Positions 33,789 through 46,529 of a stretch of DNA of 64,000 nt are shown one piece after another. The notes under the pieces are model-generated. The model was not told the origin of the DNA. It ran no database searches and worked only from the letters and a program-made list of their open reading frames with translations. Every line of letters starts with the position of its first letter. Positions within the stretch are counted from its first letter, which is position 1. The stretch comes from Camelus dromedarius. Its lineage: Eukaryota. The position numbers and the translations under genes are program-made. Location of the stretch: contig NC_087446.1 in assembly GCF_036321535.1 (NCBI RefSeq), forward strand, positions 6,076,001 through 6,140,000, written 5' to 3'.

Positions 33789-36700
33789 GGGCCACGAGCC
33801 CCCGGGGCTGCCTGTCCCCACAGCTTGGTGCCTGACTCAGTAAACATTCGCTCGCTGTGGCTGGAGAGCATGCCAGGGTTTGACAGGCAGCTCCCTGGGG
33901 ACAAATTCCTCCCTCCCCGGCTGGGCGTGCAGAGCGGGTGGGGGGCCCGGCTGGTGGGACTCCAGCCTCCCTCCCACTCCTGCCCCCACCCCCACAGAGC
34001 CCAGTGTCTCCATCCATCTGACATGTGAATCTCCTCTTAAGACTGCATGTGAACAAAGGGTCTGTAGCTAAAAAAAGTGAAAATCCCTGGCCTCGTCTAC
34101 CACTTTGATTTCGTAGATGAGGAGACTGACTCGGAACAATTAAGAACCGGGCCGGGGGAGTAGGACTCCCGATCTGACCCCACATCCTGGCCTCGCTGTT
34201 CTTACAGGACCTGGTTGTGGCCTGCTAGAGCCTCGGTTTCCCCAGGTTTAAGTGGAGGTTGTTCTCCTCACCTTGCTGCGTTGTGAGGACTGAGTGCAAT
34301 GGCAAAGGTGGAAGCCCGAGGCTGTGCCACGCCTGTGCTCGTTGTGTGCTTGAGTGTATTTCATAATAAGTGTGTTAATGCTTGGACAGTGCCAGGTTGC
34401 TACTCAATAAGCAGTGATAAGAACTATTTGAAATCACACAGAACTAAGTTCAAAAGCTGGTGTAAATCCAGGAATTACACTGTGAATCCTCAAATTTGTG
34501 AGAATCGAGAGAATCTGGCTGGAGGCCTGGTTTCTGGGTTGGCAGCTGGAGATTGTGCAATGACTTTTGCTTTCCTTCTCTTTTGGGTCTAATTAGAATT
34601 TATGGAAGTGCCGGGGTTAGCATCCAGAAATCCCATCGACCAGGTCTGGGCTCAGGCTGCTCCCCTGTAGCTGGGCAGTCACAAGAGCTGGGGGGAGCGG
34701 AGGCCTGGTGGGAGAGGCCTCAGGATCTTAGAGAGCCAGGGCCTGGCTCCTTCCACCCCACCCTGCTTGTGCCCTGGCCTCCATCCTCAGGCCTCAGGGC
34801 CATCCCTGCTTGATGCCCTGGACAGTGGCAGCACCGCAGGGCCCCTGCTTTGACGTCATCATGGCAACCGCAGCTCACGGCCTTCACTGAGGATGGGCCA
34901 ACCTGGAAACTCGGTGCAGGTGTCATGAGGGTAGGGCCTGCCTTTCTCTCCTTGGGGTCCTTCCAGTCCTGGCCCAGCGCCCCGCTACCAGCGCTCAATA
35001 AGGGTTGCAGACGCCTGGCTGGCTTCCAGGCAATCCCCAGGCCCTGCCGAGAACCTCAGCTTTGGGGATTCCAGTTCAGTCCGGACATCACCTGATGTTC
35101 TCAGAGCTTCATGCCTCACTCCTGCCGCCCTCCTGGCAGACCTGTGAGGATGACAGTGTTTCCTCATTTCAGTTGGCATCAGAGGTGTGCCCACACTCAC
35201 GTAGCTAATCGGAGGCAGAGCCAACCTCTGGCCCCAGTCCTCTGCTTTATCTCTCTGGTCTTTTCATGCGTCTGATCATTGAACCAAGGTTTGGGCATCT
35301 CTACTGGGCAGACCCTGAGCTGGGAACACAGAAATGGTGGACACGTGCCAGAGAAAGCAGCCATTTGGAAGGGCAGTCCCTTAAAGTGCCATTCCCACCA
35401 GTTGGGGTCCCCTTAGCACAGGAGACTCCATGGAGGGGAGGGCGGTGAGCAGGGTAAGAGCACTGGGAGGAGGATGGTGTGGGCCTGGGGCTGGAGCAGG
35501 CCTGGGGCCAGCACAGGGGCTGCCCAAGAACTCCCTTGGTATTTGGGAAGAGAGGCCAGCTTCTATGCTGAGGTTGGGGGTGGGTCCGGGTTGAAGGAAG
35601 AGGCTGGTGGTGAGCATCAAGGTGTGCATTGGTCTCAGGGGATGGGCAGGATCGGCAGAGGTCCAGAAGGCCCGCCTTCTCCAAGGACCTGCGGCTCCTA
35701 GAAACCAGCATTGTTTTCAGCCCTTCAGGAGCCTGGGCCATAAAAGGTGGGGCTTTGCAGGGCCATGTGGAGGGCAAGTGGAGGGTAGGGTAGGTCTTTG
35801 GAGCCTGGTGTCCAAGAGTCGTGTGGGCACAGCCTGCCTGCCTGTTCTGGGCTTGTTACTTTTGGCTGGAGACAAGGGGGGGGTCCTTCCCATACCCCTC
35901 CTCTCTCTGCCAGCCAGCATGGGGCACTCTCTCTCTCCGGTCCTTGTGCCATGTTTTCTTCACCACCTGGTGCCATTTAACAAGAGAAATGGCATCACAT
36001 TCTCCAGCCAAGGACCTGGGAGCCTTCCAAGAGCTGGGGGAGCACGATGCTGTCACTGCTGCCAGCTCCAGCGAGCTTGGCAGGGGCCCGGCAACTGAGA
36101 GGCCGCCTCTGCCTCACAGCAGAGCTGAGCAGCCCCTGAAGGGCTGCTGGCCATCCTCAGGCCTGCTGCCCCAGCCCGGGAGTGGAGGCCAGTGACACCA
36201 TCTAGGAGACAGTTTGACTGAGGGGAGTAATGGAAGACCAATCTTTATGCCCCGTGGAGCTCAGAATTGGTGCTGGGTGCTGTGGTGGGTGGAGGGAGAC
36301 GGGAGAGGCTGTGGTGGGCTGCTTACTGATCCCACGACCTCAGGCGGGTCACTTATCCTTGATGTTCCTCAGTTTCCTTGTCTGTAGAATGGGATCAGGC
36401 TAACTGATACCCTTTTTCCCAGCTGGTTGTGAGGACTGAGAATGAGAAGCTGTTATTTTAAACTTAAAGCAAATGTAAGACTTCTTAGGCTGGCCATGGT
36501 TACAGGGTGGGCACTTTGAAGGCAATTACTGAGGGTAGGCACCATCCCCTAGGCTGCAGATCCGAGTGGATGGGCAGCCTGAGGCTCCTGGGGGAGGTGC
36601 CCTTCAGCTGGGCCTGGGAGCTGCCGCATCCATGCTCTCCAAGAGCACAGAGAAGAGTGGGATATTTGGGCCCCCACCGCGTGGATAAGACATCGAGGCT

Positions 36701-38606
36701 GTCAGAGGGGCAGGGCTAGTTCAAAGTTACAGGTTCTTTTGTGCCCTCAGGCCACCTGGTTGTGGGCAGCCATTGAGCCCAGGCCCAAGGAACTCACATC
36801 TCACATTCAGACACAAGCGTCCTGGCCCCAGTTTGACGTGTCCCAACCCTGCCCAGGAGGCAGGGCCTCCCTGCGAGGAGAGGGCTCCGCAGCATGGCAC
36901 CTGTGTCTCCACCCCTCAGTGAGCAGAAGCAGGGGCAGCCTGGGGCCGTGGCTAAGGCAGGGCAGCCTGGCCACAGAGGGGAAGTGATGCAGTGGGAAAG
37001 GACCCGGCCTTTGAGTCCCACTGACTTGGAGTCTGCGGCCAACATGCAGTGTGACCTGGGGCGGCTCACTTCCCGTCCCTGAGCCCCACAGCCTGCTCCT
37101 CTTGAGATTCTTGTGGGGCTCAGAAAAACCAAAGTGCCCGCCACCGCACCTGTCCCGTGTAGGCCCTCCACAGACGGTGGCCCCGAGGGTGAGCTGGCTG
37201 TGCCCAGGGGTGTGGTGGGTGAGGGGAGCGTGGGATGGTCTTGAGATAAAGCCCTGCCACAGCTGCCCCTCCCCCCTGCTGGGTCTGGCCTACCTGGCAG
37301 GACTCCAGCACCAAGGGACCCTTTCCAGAAGAAACCTGCTGCCTTAGCCCCTCTCCCCTCAGTCTCCCCTGGAGCCACAAGGGCACAGGCAGAGAATCAT
37401 TGTGAAAGAACCTCTCACAGACACTGGGAGAGGCTGAGGGAGACAGTGTGGTGGGCTGCTCAGCCCTCTCACCCCAAATCTGTGAGTCCTGCCTGAATGT
37501 GACCCTATGGAATGAGGACCAGCTCTGGGAGGGAGAGTGGGTGGGCAGTCCCCAGTGCCCCTGACCTGGACAGAAGATAGCCTTCTTTGGGGCCCTCCGT
37601 TACATCTGGGGAGCCCTGGGAGCTAGCTAGCATTCGATGGATGCCTGGTCTGAGTGAGTCACAGCCCTGTAAGGCCGGGCTCAGAGCGGGGGCCCCAGCA
37701 CTTGGTCCTCTTCTTGCTGGATCTGACACCCACCCCTCCTCCAGTGTCATCAGCCCACAGATGTTGTATTGTAGGAATAGGAGCGCTCAGGGGCCGAGGG
37801 GCTGCCTGGCTTGTCCCTTTTCCTTCTGACCTTGCTTTGTTCTTTGTAAGGTAAGAATCACGATGCCACCTCCCCCACAGGGTTGAGGCAAGGGATGCGG
37901 GTGACAGGCAGGGCCCAGGGCCAGGCAGGCGCTGAGCATCTTCTGCCATCTTCCCAGTTGCTGCACTGGTCCCTGGGCCTTGCCTGCTCCTCCCCAGACA
38001 TCTTCAGGGATCACTTGCACCTCTGTCCCTCGGTTCCAAGACCTCACCGGGCCTTTCCCAAGTCCATGGCCCTCCCTGCCACCCTTCCCTCCTGAATTTT
38101 TTCCCCAGCACGTCTCACCTCCTCACCTACTATATGGTTTTACTCTTTGGGTTTTTTCTCTGTGGTTCCCTGCTGTCTCCCCAGATCCTAGAACAGTGCC
38201 TGATGCATGGCAGGTCTCAGTGTCTGGAGAATGAATGGAGGTGTCTGCACATGGAGTCAGCCTGTGCACTCACACAGGGCCCAAAGCCTGCAGGAGCCCA
38301 GAGCCAGCAGCAGCCTTGTCCCTCCTGTGTGGTGCCCTGAATGATGCCTGAGGTAGGGGTGGCCCTGGGGAGGTTCCCTGCTCCTCCCCCTCTTCCCCAC
38401 CCTGGCCTTATAGCCTCCATCCACCTTGCACACCAGCAGGCCTGGCCCCCAAGGAAGTGGGGACTCCATTCCCTCTGGCTGTGGGGCTAAGGAGCTGAGT
38501 CTCCTTTCTGACCTCGCAGAGAGGGCGCACGTCCCCTAGCCGAGGGTCAGGCCAAGAGAACTGCTGGGGCTGCTCTGGCCAGCATCCTCTCGGAGTGCTG
38601 GACTAC

Positions 38607-38608
<2 letters not shown>

Positions 38609-38650
<42 letters not shown>
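38609..38650. repeat. (GT)21 microsatellite
   Basis: Perfect dinucleotide run counted directly. Confidence 0.95.
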
Positions 38651-38652
<2 letters not shown>

Positions 38653-39949
38653 GGAGAATGGGGACCAGAGGAGAGGCAAATGGGGCTTGGGTAAGCCTGG
38701 GCAAGGATTTTATAACTGCTGCATGGAAGGGCATGACCTGCCCTTGTATAGCCTGGGTTCAGAGGGAGAGGGGCCACTGGGCTCTCTGGCCTGACCAGGA
38801 TTTTGTGCTGATCTTCCTGCCTCTCCCACTCCGTCCCAGTGTCCCGAGGCCCAACATCAAATCCTTCCCACTCTCCCCGGTGAGGGGGACTTTTGGCAGT
38901 GTCCTGTATGTCAGAGCTAAATACACAAGAAAGGCAAAGGGAATCATTACTTTGGGGGCTCCAGGCTGCTATGACAAAACAAGATGAAGTGACAGAGGCA
39001 ACAGAAGCACTCAGGACAGGCCAGGGTTGGGGGGTTAGGGACAGGCCACCAGGACAATTCACACCATGGGGCCCCCTCTACTAAACGCAAACCCTGCCTT
39101 TCTGTATGCACGTACACGAGAATGTAAAAGCGAAATAATAAGACTGGGATGAAAGACTGAAGCAAAAAGAGACTCCCTCTGGGGATGGGAGGGAAAGGCC
39201 ACTGCTTACTCACAGATTTCTGTATTGTTGGAGGGTTTTTTCACAAGACTATGTTCAGGTATTACTCACAAAATTACAAATAAAACAAATTTCTAAGTAC
39301 AGAACGCATGCATCCCGGGTCTCAGAGCACTTTCACATCCAGATCTGGGGGGCTGGGTGTCTATGCCCCGGGGACTAACCCCCCGCCTCAGCCCTCCATT
39401 TGACATCAAGCTTGTCCAACAGGGTTTCCTCACTTCCCCAACCTTGTCCCTGAGGCATGAAGGGCACAGGCCACACTTCATAGCTGGCTGGACACAGGCC
39501 CCGTCCAGGCCCCCTCGTACGTGCTGGGTCATCCCTTTGCCCCTCCGAGCCCCTTCTTCCCATCTGAAAAAGTGACATCATTACAGCACCTGTGTCAGAG
39601 TCATTGGGAGGGTGTTTTAAGGGGTATTTTGGGGACAAAGATCAAGGAAGGCTCCCTTTCCCTGACAGACTCAAATTAATCACCTTTCTAAAAAAACTCA
39701 TCAATGAATAAAAACTTGAGAATACTGAGAGAGAGATTCAATTGGAAGGGTTTTTCAGCACAAAGTCCCTTATTTTCTGCTTGAAAATACATTGAGGCGA
39801 TGATAGCAAATTATTTAAAGTAAAAACTATTGAAAGAACAAGGACAATTGTCAAGAACCATAATGATTTTAGAAACTTAAACTCCTCTCTCGGTCATATC
39901 TCAGTTAAGGTGATGTAGAAGACTTGAATTTAAAAAATCAATAAACTTG

Positions 39950-40052
39950 GGGGTGGGTATAGCTCAGTGGTAGAGCACATACTTATCATGCACAACGTCC
40001 TGGGTTTAATCCCCAGCACCTCCACTAAAAAAAATAAATTAAAAAATAAATT
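39950..40052 (+). mobile_element. tRNA-Ala-derived camelid SINE (Vic-1 type) with a perfect 10-bp TSD
   Basis: ggggtgggtatagctcagtggtagagcacatacttatcatgcacaacgtcctgggtttaatccccagcacctcca plus A tail. TSD AATAAACTTG at 39940-39949 and 40053-40062. Confidence 0.88.
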
Positions 40053-42616
40053 AATAAACTTGACTTAAGAGCTATGTTTGAATGAAAAAAAAAAGAAAGG
40101 AAGACTACATTGAGGAATAACCTAACATTTACCACACTGGTCTGATGGTGAAATTTCGCTTCTTAACAGCTAAGTCCAAGCAGAGATCCGAGGCCTACTC
40201 CTTCTCTGTTCAGGAGGCACAAGTGGGAAGGTTTGTCTGGAGTCAAGCACCTGCACATGTCGTCCACGGTGCCTGCTGAGTCCTCAGGACCTGCCTGGTG
40301 CAGGCACGTCGGAGGCACCCAGTCAATGTGTCAAGTGAGTAGCTCCGCTTCTCCTTCAAGGTGGCCAAGGTACATGACTGGCTCTCTCCAGCTGGCTGGA
40401 GGCCTTGAGGGCCACCTCCTCTGCTCTCCACCAGAGTCAGAGCGGCCACCAGGAGACAGGCCCGGGGCAGCCCGTGCAGAGGTGGCTCGTGTAAATGAGC
40501 CCAGACCTGGCCCCACCCTCTCCCAGGGAGAGGTTCCCCCTGCAGTCTCCCAAAACCCAGCCAGCATGGCCTGAATGTCTGGCACACAGGTTAAGAGATG
40601 CCTGGTCCGTACTAAGGGTACTGCAGGGCTGAGGTTACAGGTCACAGCACCGCTGGTGATGGGCTGAAGACTGCGGCCCAGTCTTCTGGCCTTGCCCCCA
40701 CCCCTCTGCCCCATAGGAGGGCTTTCCCTGCCCCGGCTCCTCTCCAGGCTCCTGGCTCCCCCACCCCCTCACCATACACCCACACCTACACCCACACCCA
40801 CCACCCCAGACCCACTTCTCCTTTGCAGATGCCCCACCGCCTACACCTTCCTGCCACAGAGTTGCTGGCCCGTGAGCAGGGGGACAGAGAGGCAGTGGGC
40901 CACGGCTCCTCAAGACCAGCCGACTCAGGGTTCTGTGTGAGTTCTCGGGTCCCTGGAACCAGAAACCTGGGGGCCAGTCTTGCTCCCCTTACTCCGTAGC
41001 ATCACCCTCTCCACCTAAACACCTACTAGCTTGTTCCCTCACCCTGGACCATGGCGCCAGCCTCCTTGCTGCTCTGGTGGCCCTGTCCAGTCTCCAACCC
41101 CACAGCAGCCTGGGAGAGGGTCCCTTCTAAAGCATAGCTCAGAGAATGTCTCCCCCACTCAGAACCCTCCTTGCCCCAGGCCTGTGGTTGAGGCCTGACC
41201 CGGCCCATCTGCAGCCTCAGTCTCCCTCCCTCTGCAGCATCCCCTGAAGCAGTGGCCATGTCTGTCCCCAGAGCAAGCTTCCCCTTTCCCCTCTCCATGC
41301 ATTTGCCCTTGCCTGTCCTGTCACTCTGCCTGGAAGTTTTCCATCCCCCTTAAGCTGCTAAAGATCTACTCCTGCCCCTAAGCCCCTCTCTGTCCTTCCT
41401 CTGTGCACCCCCAACCCTGAGTGCTTATGGGTCTGGCATTGCCCACCCTGAGGCACTAAGCCTGAGCTCCATGCTGAAGCTCTCTGCCAGCTCCCGCCCG
41501 CAGGGAGGGGACAGCAGATGCCAAGGAAGATTGAGGGGGCTTGTGTGTCTGTCTGAGAGACCTGGGTGAGAAACAGGTGGGGCTTCCCCAAACATTGAGG
41601 AGTAGGGACAGTGCCTCAGTGAGACACAGAGAGGAGCAGGCCAGGACACACACAGCCTTTGGAAAAAGGAATTGGGGTGGGTGGGCTTCCTACTACCTGT
41701 TGGGCCTTGGTCTGTCTGTCAGTCTGTCTCTTCGTCTGCTGATCTGAGTCTCCCTCCTGCTTACCCTCTGGAGACCACCCCATCCCCAGCCCTACACCAC
41801 CTGTGCCCTCCACTCCAGCCAGTGGTTCCTCGCTAACAGGCAGATCTGACTTTGACACTCCCAGTTTAAAGCCCTGCATGGCTCCCCAGTGCCCTTCCGG
41901 CCAGTGTCTGGGGTTCTCTCACTCAAGGCCCCAGCCCAGCCCTCTGGTCCCAGCACTCTCTGGCCTTCGTATTTGGCCTCAAGGCCTTTGGTCACACTGG
42001 GCACTCCTTTGGCCCTCTCTCCATCTAGTAAACACCTTCTCACCATCTCCTCCAGGAAGCCTTCCTGTCCCCTCCATGGTGATGGCCTGGCCTGATACTG
42101 CTGCTGTATGGGAGTCCCCTGGGGCCTGGTACAATATCGGCACTCAGGACTGTGTTTGATGAACTGACCAGCTCTGCCTGAGAAGGGCAGGAGGGCTCCC
42201 CAGAAGAGGCAGGTGGGGGGAGATGGCGGGTGGGGATCACCTGGGACAATGGGCTGGCCTTTGGGAGCAGGACAGAGGAGGCCACCCAGAGGTCTGTGTC
42301 CTGATTAAGAGGCCCGTCCTTTGCTGCCTGGAGCAGGCCCTGGTCTGAGCTTCAGCCTTGTCCCTGTGCCCAGCAGACGGCCCGCCCAGTGGTTGTCTGG
42401 GGGTGATGGTTGACCGGTTGAATGGAGGAACCACAGATAGAAGGTCTGGGGGGCTGAGGCCCTGGCTAAGAGTGGTCCCACCCGGTCACACCCCAATAGT
42501 CAGGAGGGCGGGGCCATGGAGTGGGTGGTGGCCCCTCCCTGTTTCCTCCTGGTGGGACAGCAGAGGTCAGACTCAGTCTCAGCCGGGTGTGCAGTGGGAG
42601 CATGGGCTTCGGCAGC

Positions 42617-44118
42617 ATGAGGCGAGGGGCGAGGGGTCTGAGGGGCAGGGACGGGCCGGCACCCACGCAGTGCCTGCAGACTCAGTGCTTCGACGTGCTG
42701 GTCCGCAACTGCGTGGCCTGCAGTCTCCTCCGGACGCCGGAGCCTAGACCGGGTAAGAGTCGACCGCTGGGACGACTGAGCACAGGGCGGCCCTGGAGAG
42801 GGAAGAGGGTCCTGTCACAGAGGCCTCCACCCTGCCAGAGTCTCAGGCATGGCCTCCACCTGCCCCAGGACCTGGGAGGTCACCTGATTAACGGGAGTGT
42901 GTGGCCTGGGGATTGGATGGGGACCAGCCAACGCTGCGTGGCCCTCACCGTCCCTTCTCTTCACTCCCCTCCCTCCCCTGTCCTCCCCCCCCCCCCCCCC
43001 CCGCCACCGTCGGGCTGTCCCTCCCCTCCCCGGCCCAGCCTCGCCTCCCTCCGACCCTTCCCCTCCCCGTTCGTCCCTCTCTTCTGCCCCCTGCCCTCCC
43101 TGTCCGTCGCCTCCAGCAGCCGGCCTGAGCAGCCTGGCGCCCGGGACGGCGCTGCAGCCGCAGGAGTCGGTGGGCCCCGGGGCGGCGACCGAGGTCGAGG
43201 CGGAGGCCGCGCTGCCGCTTCCCGCGCTGCTCTTCGGCGCCCCCGCGCTGCTGGGCCTGGCGCTGGCCCTGGTCCTGGTGGGCCTGGTGAGCTGGAGGCA
43301 CCGAAGGCGGCGGCTCCGCGCCGCGGCTGCTCCGGAGACCCCAGAAGCCCCGGGCGGCGACGGTAAGTTCGGCGTCTAGGGGGACCGAGAGGCACTGCAA
43401 CGGAGGGGGTCAGGGCGTGTGAGGCTGGGAGCCGTCGGAGGGGAGACGTGGCCCTTGAGGCACACTGCCCTTAGGGGCGTGGGGACCTCTGAAGGGGAGG
43501 CAGGGCTCGGGGAGTGACGCAGGCAGAGGGGGCAAAGAGCGCGCTCCTAGGCGCTGAGGCTGAGCCGGGAGGTCGTCCCGCCCGAGACACCGGTCCAGGT
43601 GAGGGACACAGCTCTGGCCTCCCAGACCCGTGTGAGGAAGAGATCGGAGGCTGGGGAGCCTGGTGGAGGGAGGGGGTCTGTCCTACCCTCTCTCTGGGAC
43701 GGCCAGACTGGCTCCCACAGCTCCTCTCCCTTCTGTCAGCACTGCCATTTTACCGGACCTCTCAGAGCTTCCTGTTCTGAGGGCCCATCACGTGCCTCCC
43801 AACCCCCCATCCTTGCAGTGGGGCTTCAACTGACTTCTCTCTCATAAGTCAGAAGGTTGTCCCTCCAGGGGGGCTTCCAGAACCGAGATGCGGGAAGTCT
43901 GTGACCCAGTCCTGACCCTGCATTCCCCCTAACCAGAGCCCCTGGACAATGTCACCATCCTCTCCCCTGGAACCCTGGATGTCACAGCTCCTATCTGGCT
44001 TCCACCCAGTGAAGACCCAGCCACTACCCCACCTTCCCACAGCATCCCTGTGCCAGCCACAGAGCTGGGTTCTACTGAGCTGGTGACCACCAAGACGGCC
44101 GGCCCTGAGCAACAGTAG
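42617..44118 (+). CDS. TNFRSF13C: BAFF receptor (TNF receptor superfamily 13C), 186/187 aa; join(42617..42752,43120(or 43117)..43362,43937..44118)
   Basis: Partial Cys-rich domain CLQTQCFDVLVRNCVAC with the DxL motif; TM LLFGAPALLGLALALVLVGLV; TRAF3-binding PVPATELGSTELVTTKTAGPEQQ tail. All introns GT-AG, phase 1. Confidence 0.97.
42985..43002. repeat. C18 homopolymer in the pyrimidine-rich TNFRSF13C intron 1
   Basis: Counted directly; lies in a C-rich tract from 42950 to 43116. Confidence 0.9.
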
Positions 44119-45236
44119 CAGCGGAGGTGGGAAGAACATGGCCCCTGCCTTCCCTGTGGGCCGTCAGCCAGGAGCTTGGAGGTTGGATTCGGTTCTTCAC
44201 CCCAGCACCCACCTGCCCCTTTTCTGGGAGCCAGGCTGCTCCCGGGCTAACCCTACAGAACCACAGGCACCACAGACCACCGAGTTCAGCCTTCCTGGCA
44301 TCGTGTGGAATGTTACCATTTGGCTTCAAATCATGCCATCTTTGGCAGCCCTCAAAGGTTGTGGCTGAGCTCTGTGCTTTTGAGTGGCTGGGACACTGAG
44401 TAGGAGTTTTTCTTTAAGCATGGGGAAGCCACCATAAGTCAGAATGAATCTAGGAGAAGGATCAAGTGGGAGGATGCTTAATTTGTAACTGGGTGTTGCC
44501 TTTCTTTAATACTTGCTCTCAGAGCCATCCCGCTTTGAAACTGATGTAAATTGCAGCAATGAGTAAACAACTGACTGGTTTGCTTTGGGACTTATTACAA
44601 GATGATTTTAAGAAATAGCCTGGATTATGCTGATTCTCAGATATCTGTACCCTAAGGTCAACCCTGAGCTTGGCCCAATCTGCTAGGACCTGTGATGCCA
44701 TTTTCAGCCTGTTGGCAGCTTTCAGAGCTCCAGTGTCACACTTGGGAGGAAGTCTACAGCCTCTGGGGCTGGACTGCAAATTCACACTGAAGGCACAGTG
44801 GCAGGCATCTCTGTTGGAGGCCACGTGGAGTCCCAGCTGTCTCCAGGGCACACTATACAAGGGTAGGGCCCAGGATCTCCAGGAGGCTCCTTTGTTCAGA
44901 GGCCAGGGCAGGCCTGCGGCCTTGAACCAGCTGGACCTGATGTCCCTTCAGCCCCCTTCTCTCTGGGGCCTGTCATCTTCAAGTGCTTGGATCACTTGGC
45001 CATTCTGTGCTGGCCCCTGCAGTCACCTATCATCTCAGTAGAACTGTTCCTCTGACGGTGGTTCCCTTTGCTCTGGGGCCTGGAGCTGAGACCATCTCTT
45101 CCACTTCTGGACCACACTGTGCACTCAGTCACCCACCGACTCTCCTGCCAACCCTCCTACTCAGGGTTAGAACCTCCCGACCTGGACTCCACCCCAGTCA
45201 GTGTCCTTGGAACTTGTCACAGCTTAGCACCTTTGG

Positions 45237-45314
45237 AAGGGGCACTGGATTGGGAGTCAGAAGATGGAGTTCTGGTACCATTTGTCCTACTTATAAGTCC
45301 TTGACCATGTTCTG
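45237..45314 (+). other. MIR-derived segment orthologous to the human MIR378I locus (not shown to be a miRNA here)
   Basis: gcACTGGATTGGGAGTCAGAAGAtggagttctgg...catgttctg resembles the recalled hsa-mir-378i precursor and lies in the same place, downstream of the TNFRSF13C stop; the seed differs. Confidence 0.45.
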
Positions 45315-46529
45315 TTCCATGCATCAGATGCTTTCTGCCCACCTCTCCTTGACCTACTCATCAGAGCTGCCCAGCAGACACCACCCTTCCTGCCCACCCC
45401 TTTCCCAGCTCAAAGACAGTCAGTGGTGAGCAGCATTTGGAGCCCCCAGGACCTGGACACCCACATCTACGTCTCTTCCTCTCCCTCCTGAACCCATCTC
45501 AGATACCCCTGCCCAGGCTGCCAGGTGGCTGGGGTGAGGTCAGGGGGCGGCCAGTAGGCAGGAAGATGGGAGGCAGACCCAGAATGGACCCAGCTCTCCA
45601 CTTCCTTCCATCTCAGGGTGGAGGGAATCTGAGCTGTTCCCGACCACTCCTATCTCCCACCCAACCTTTTGCACTACAGCCAGGGGGTGAGCCCTGGAGG
45701 TGAAACAAACCCCCTGGGGCCCAGACATGCAAATCTCTGGCACCACTGTGTCCCCACTCAATCCCTGGTCCAGTCTGTTTCCTTTTCTGAAAAGTGGAGG
45801 GTTGGATACAAAGTTCCCCTCCTGGCCTATGGCCCTCAGAGGAGAAAGACTGGAAGGAAACTTAGAGAATCCTCACTCCCCCGCCTCCACTTTACAGATG
45901 AGGAAACTGAGGCCCAGAGAGGGCGAAGACTTGGCCTTGTTGTCATCCAGCAAATAGCAGAAGGGAGGTTCCCTGGGGAGGAACCAGGAGCAGAGGCCAG
46001 GAGAGAGGTGGACAAGGAGGGGTCAGCCTCCCCTGAAAGAGGTCCCCCCTCCCAGGGGCCTCCAGTCTCCAGCCCTCTGTCCTAATGCTGCTTTCTGAGG
46101 AGACTTCAGGAGGTTAGAGCATTTGATGTTCACAACAGGAGGAGGGGCGTGGGTGTCTGTGTTTGCTTTAAAAAATGTTTTTTATTAAAAAAAAATCAAG
46201 ACATGTGTTTTGTAGACACTTTGCAAAGTTCTGGACAGTAATTCAGGGTGGAGTCTATGGAGAAATGACCCCAAACCCAGCAACACCAGGCCCCTGAGTA
46301 GTGGGTTCTCCTACGTTCTATACATGTAAATCCACACCTTGACTGTCATATTTGGTGTTTTCTTTTGTCTTTAAACACTTCACAAAGTTTTCAACATTTG
46401 CAAAGATTCCCACTTGAGTGTGTGGTTGTTCTCAGTTTTCACTATTATTGTAACTGAGGCAGTAATGTCTCCTGCTTAAATCTCTGCCTGAGTCTGTTTT
46501 CCAGGAAACATTGCAAGCAAAGGCCCTGA

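Noticed and set aside
33466-34185. 239-aa minus-strand ORF over the CENPM last exon
   Set aside because: GC-rich, low-complexity translation with no recognisable domain; antisense shadow.
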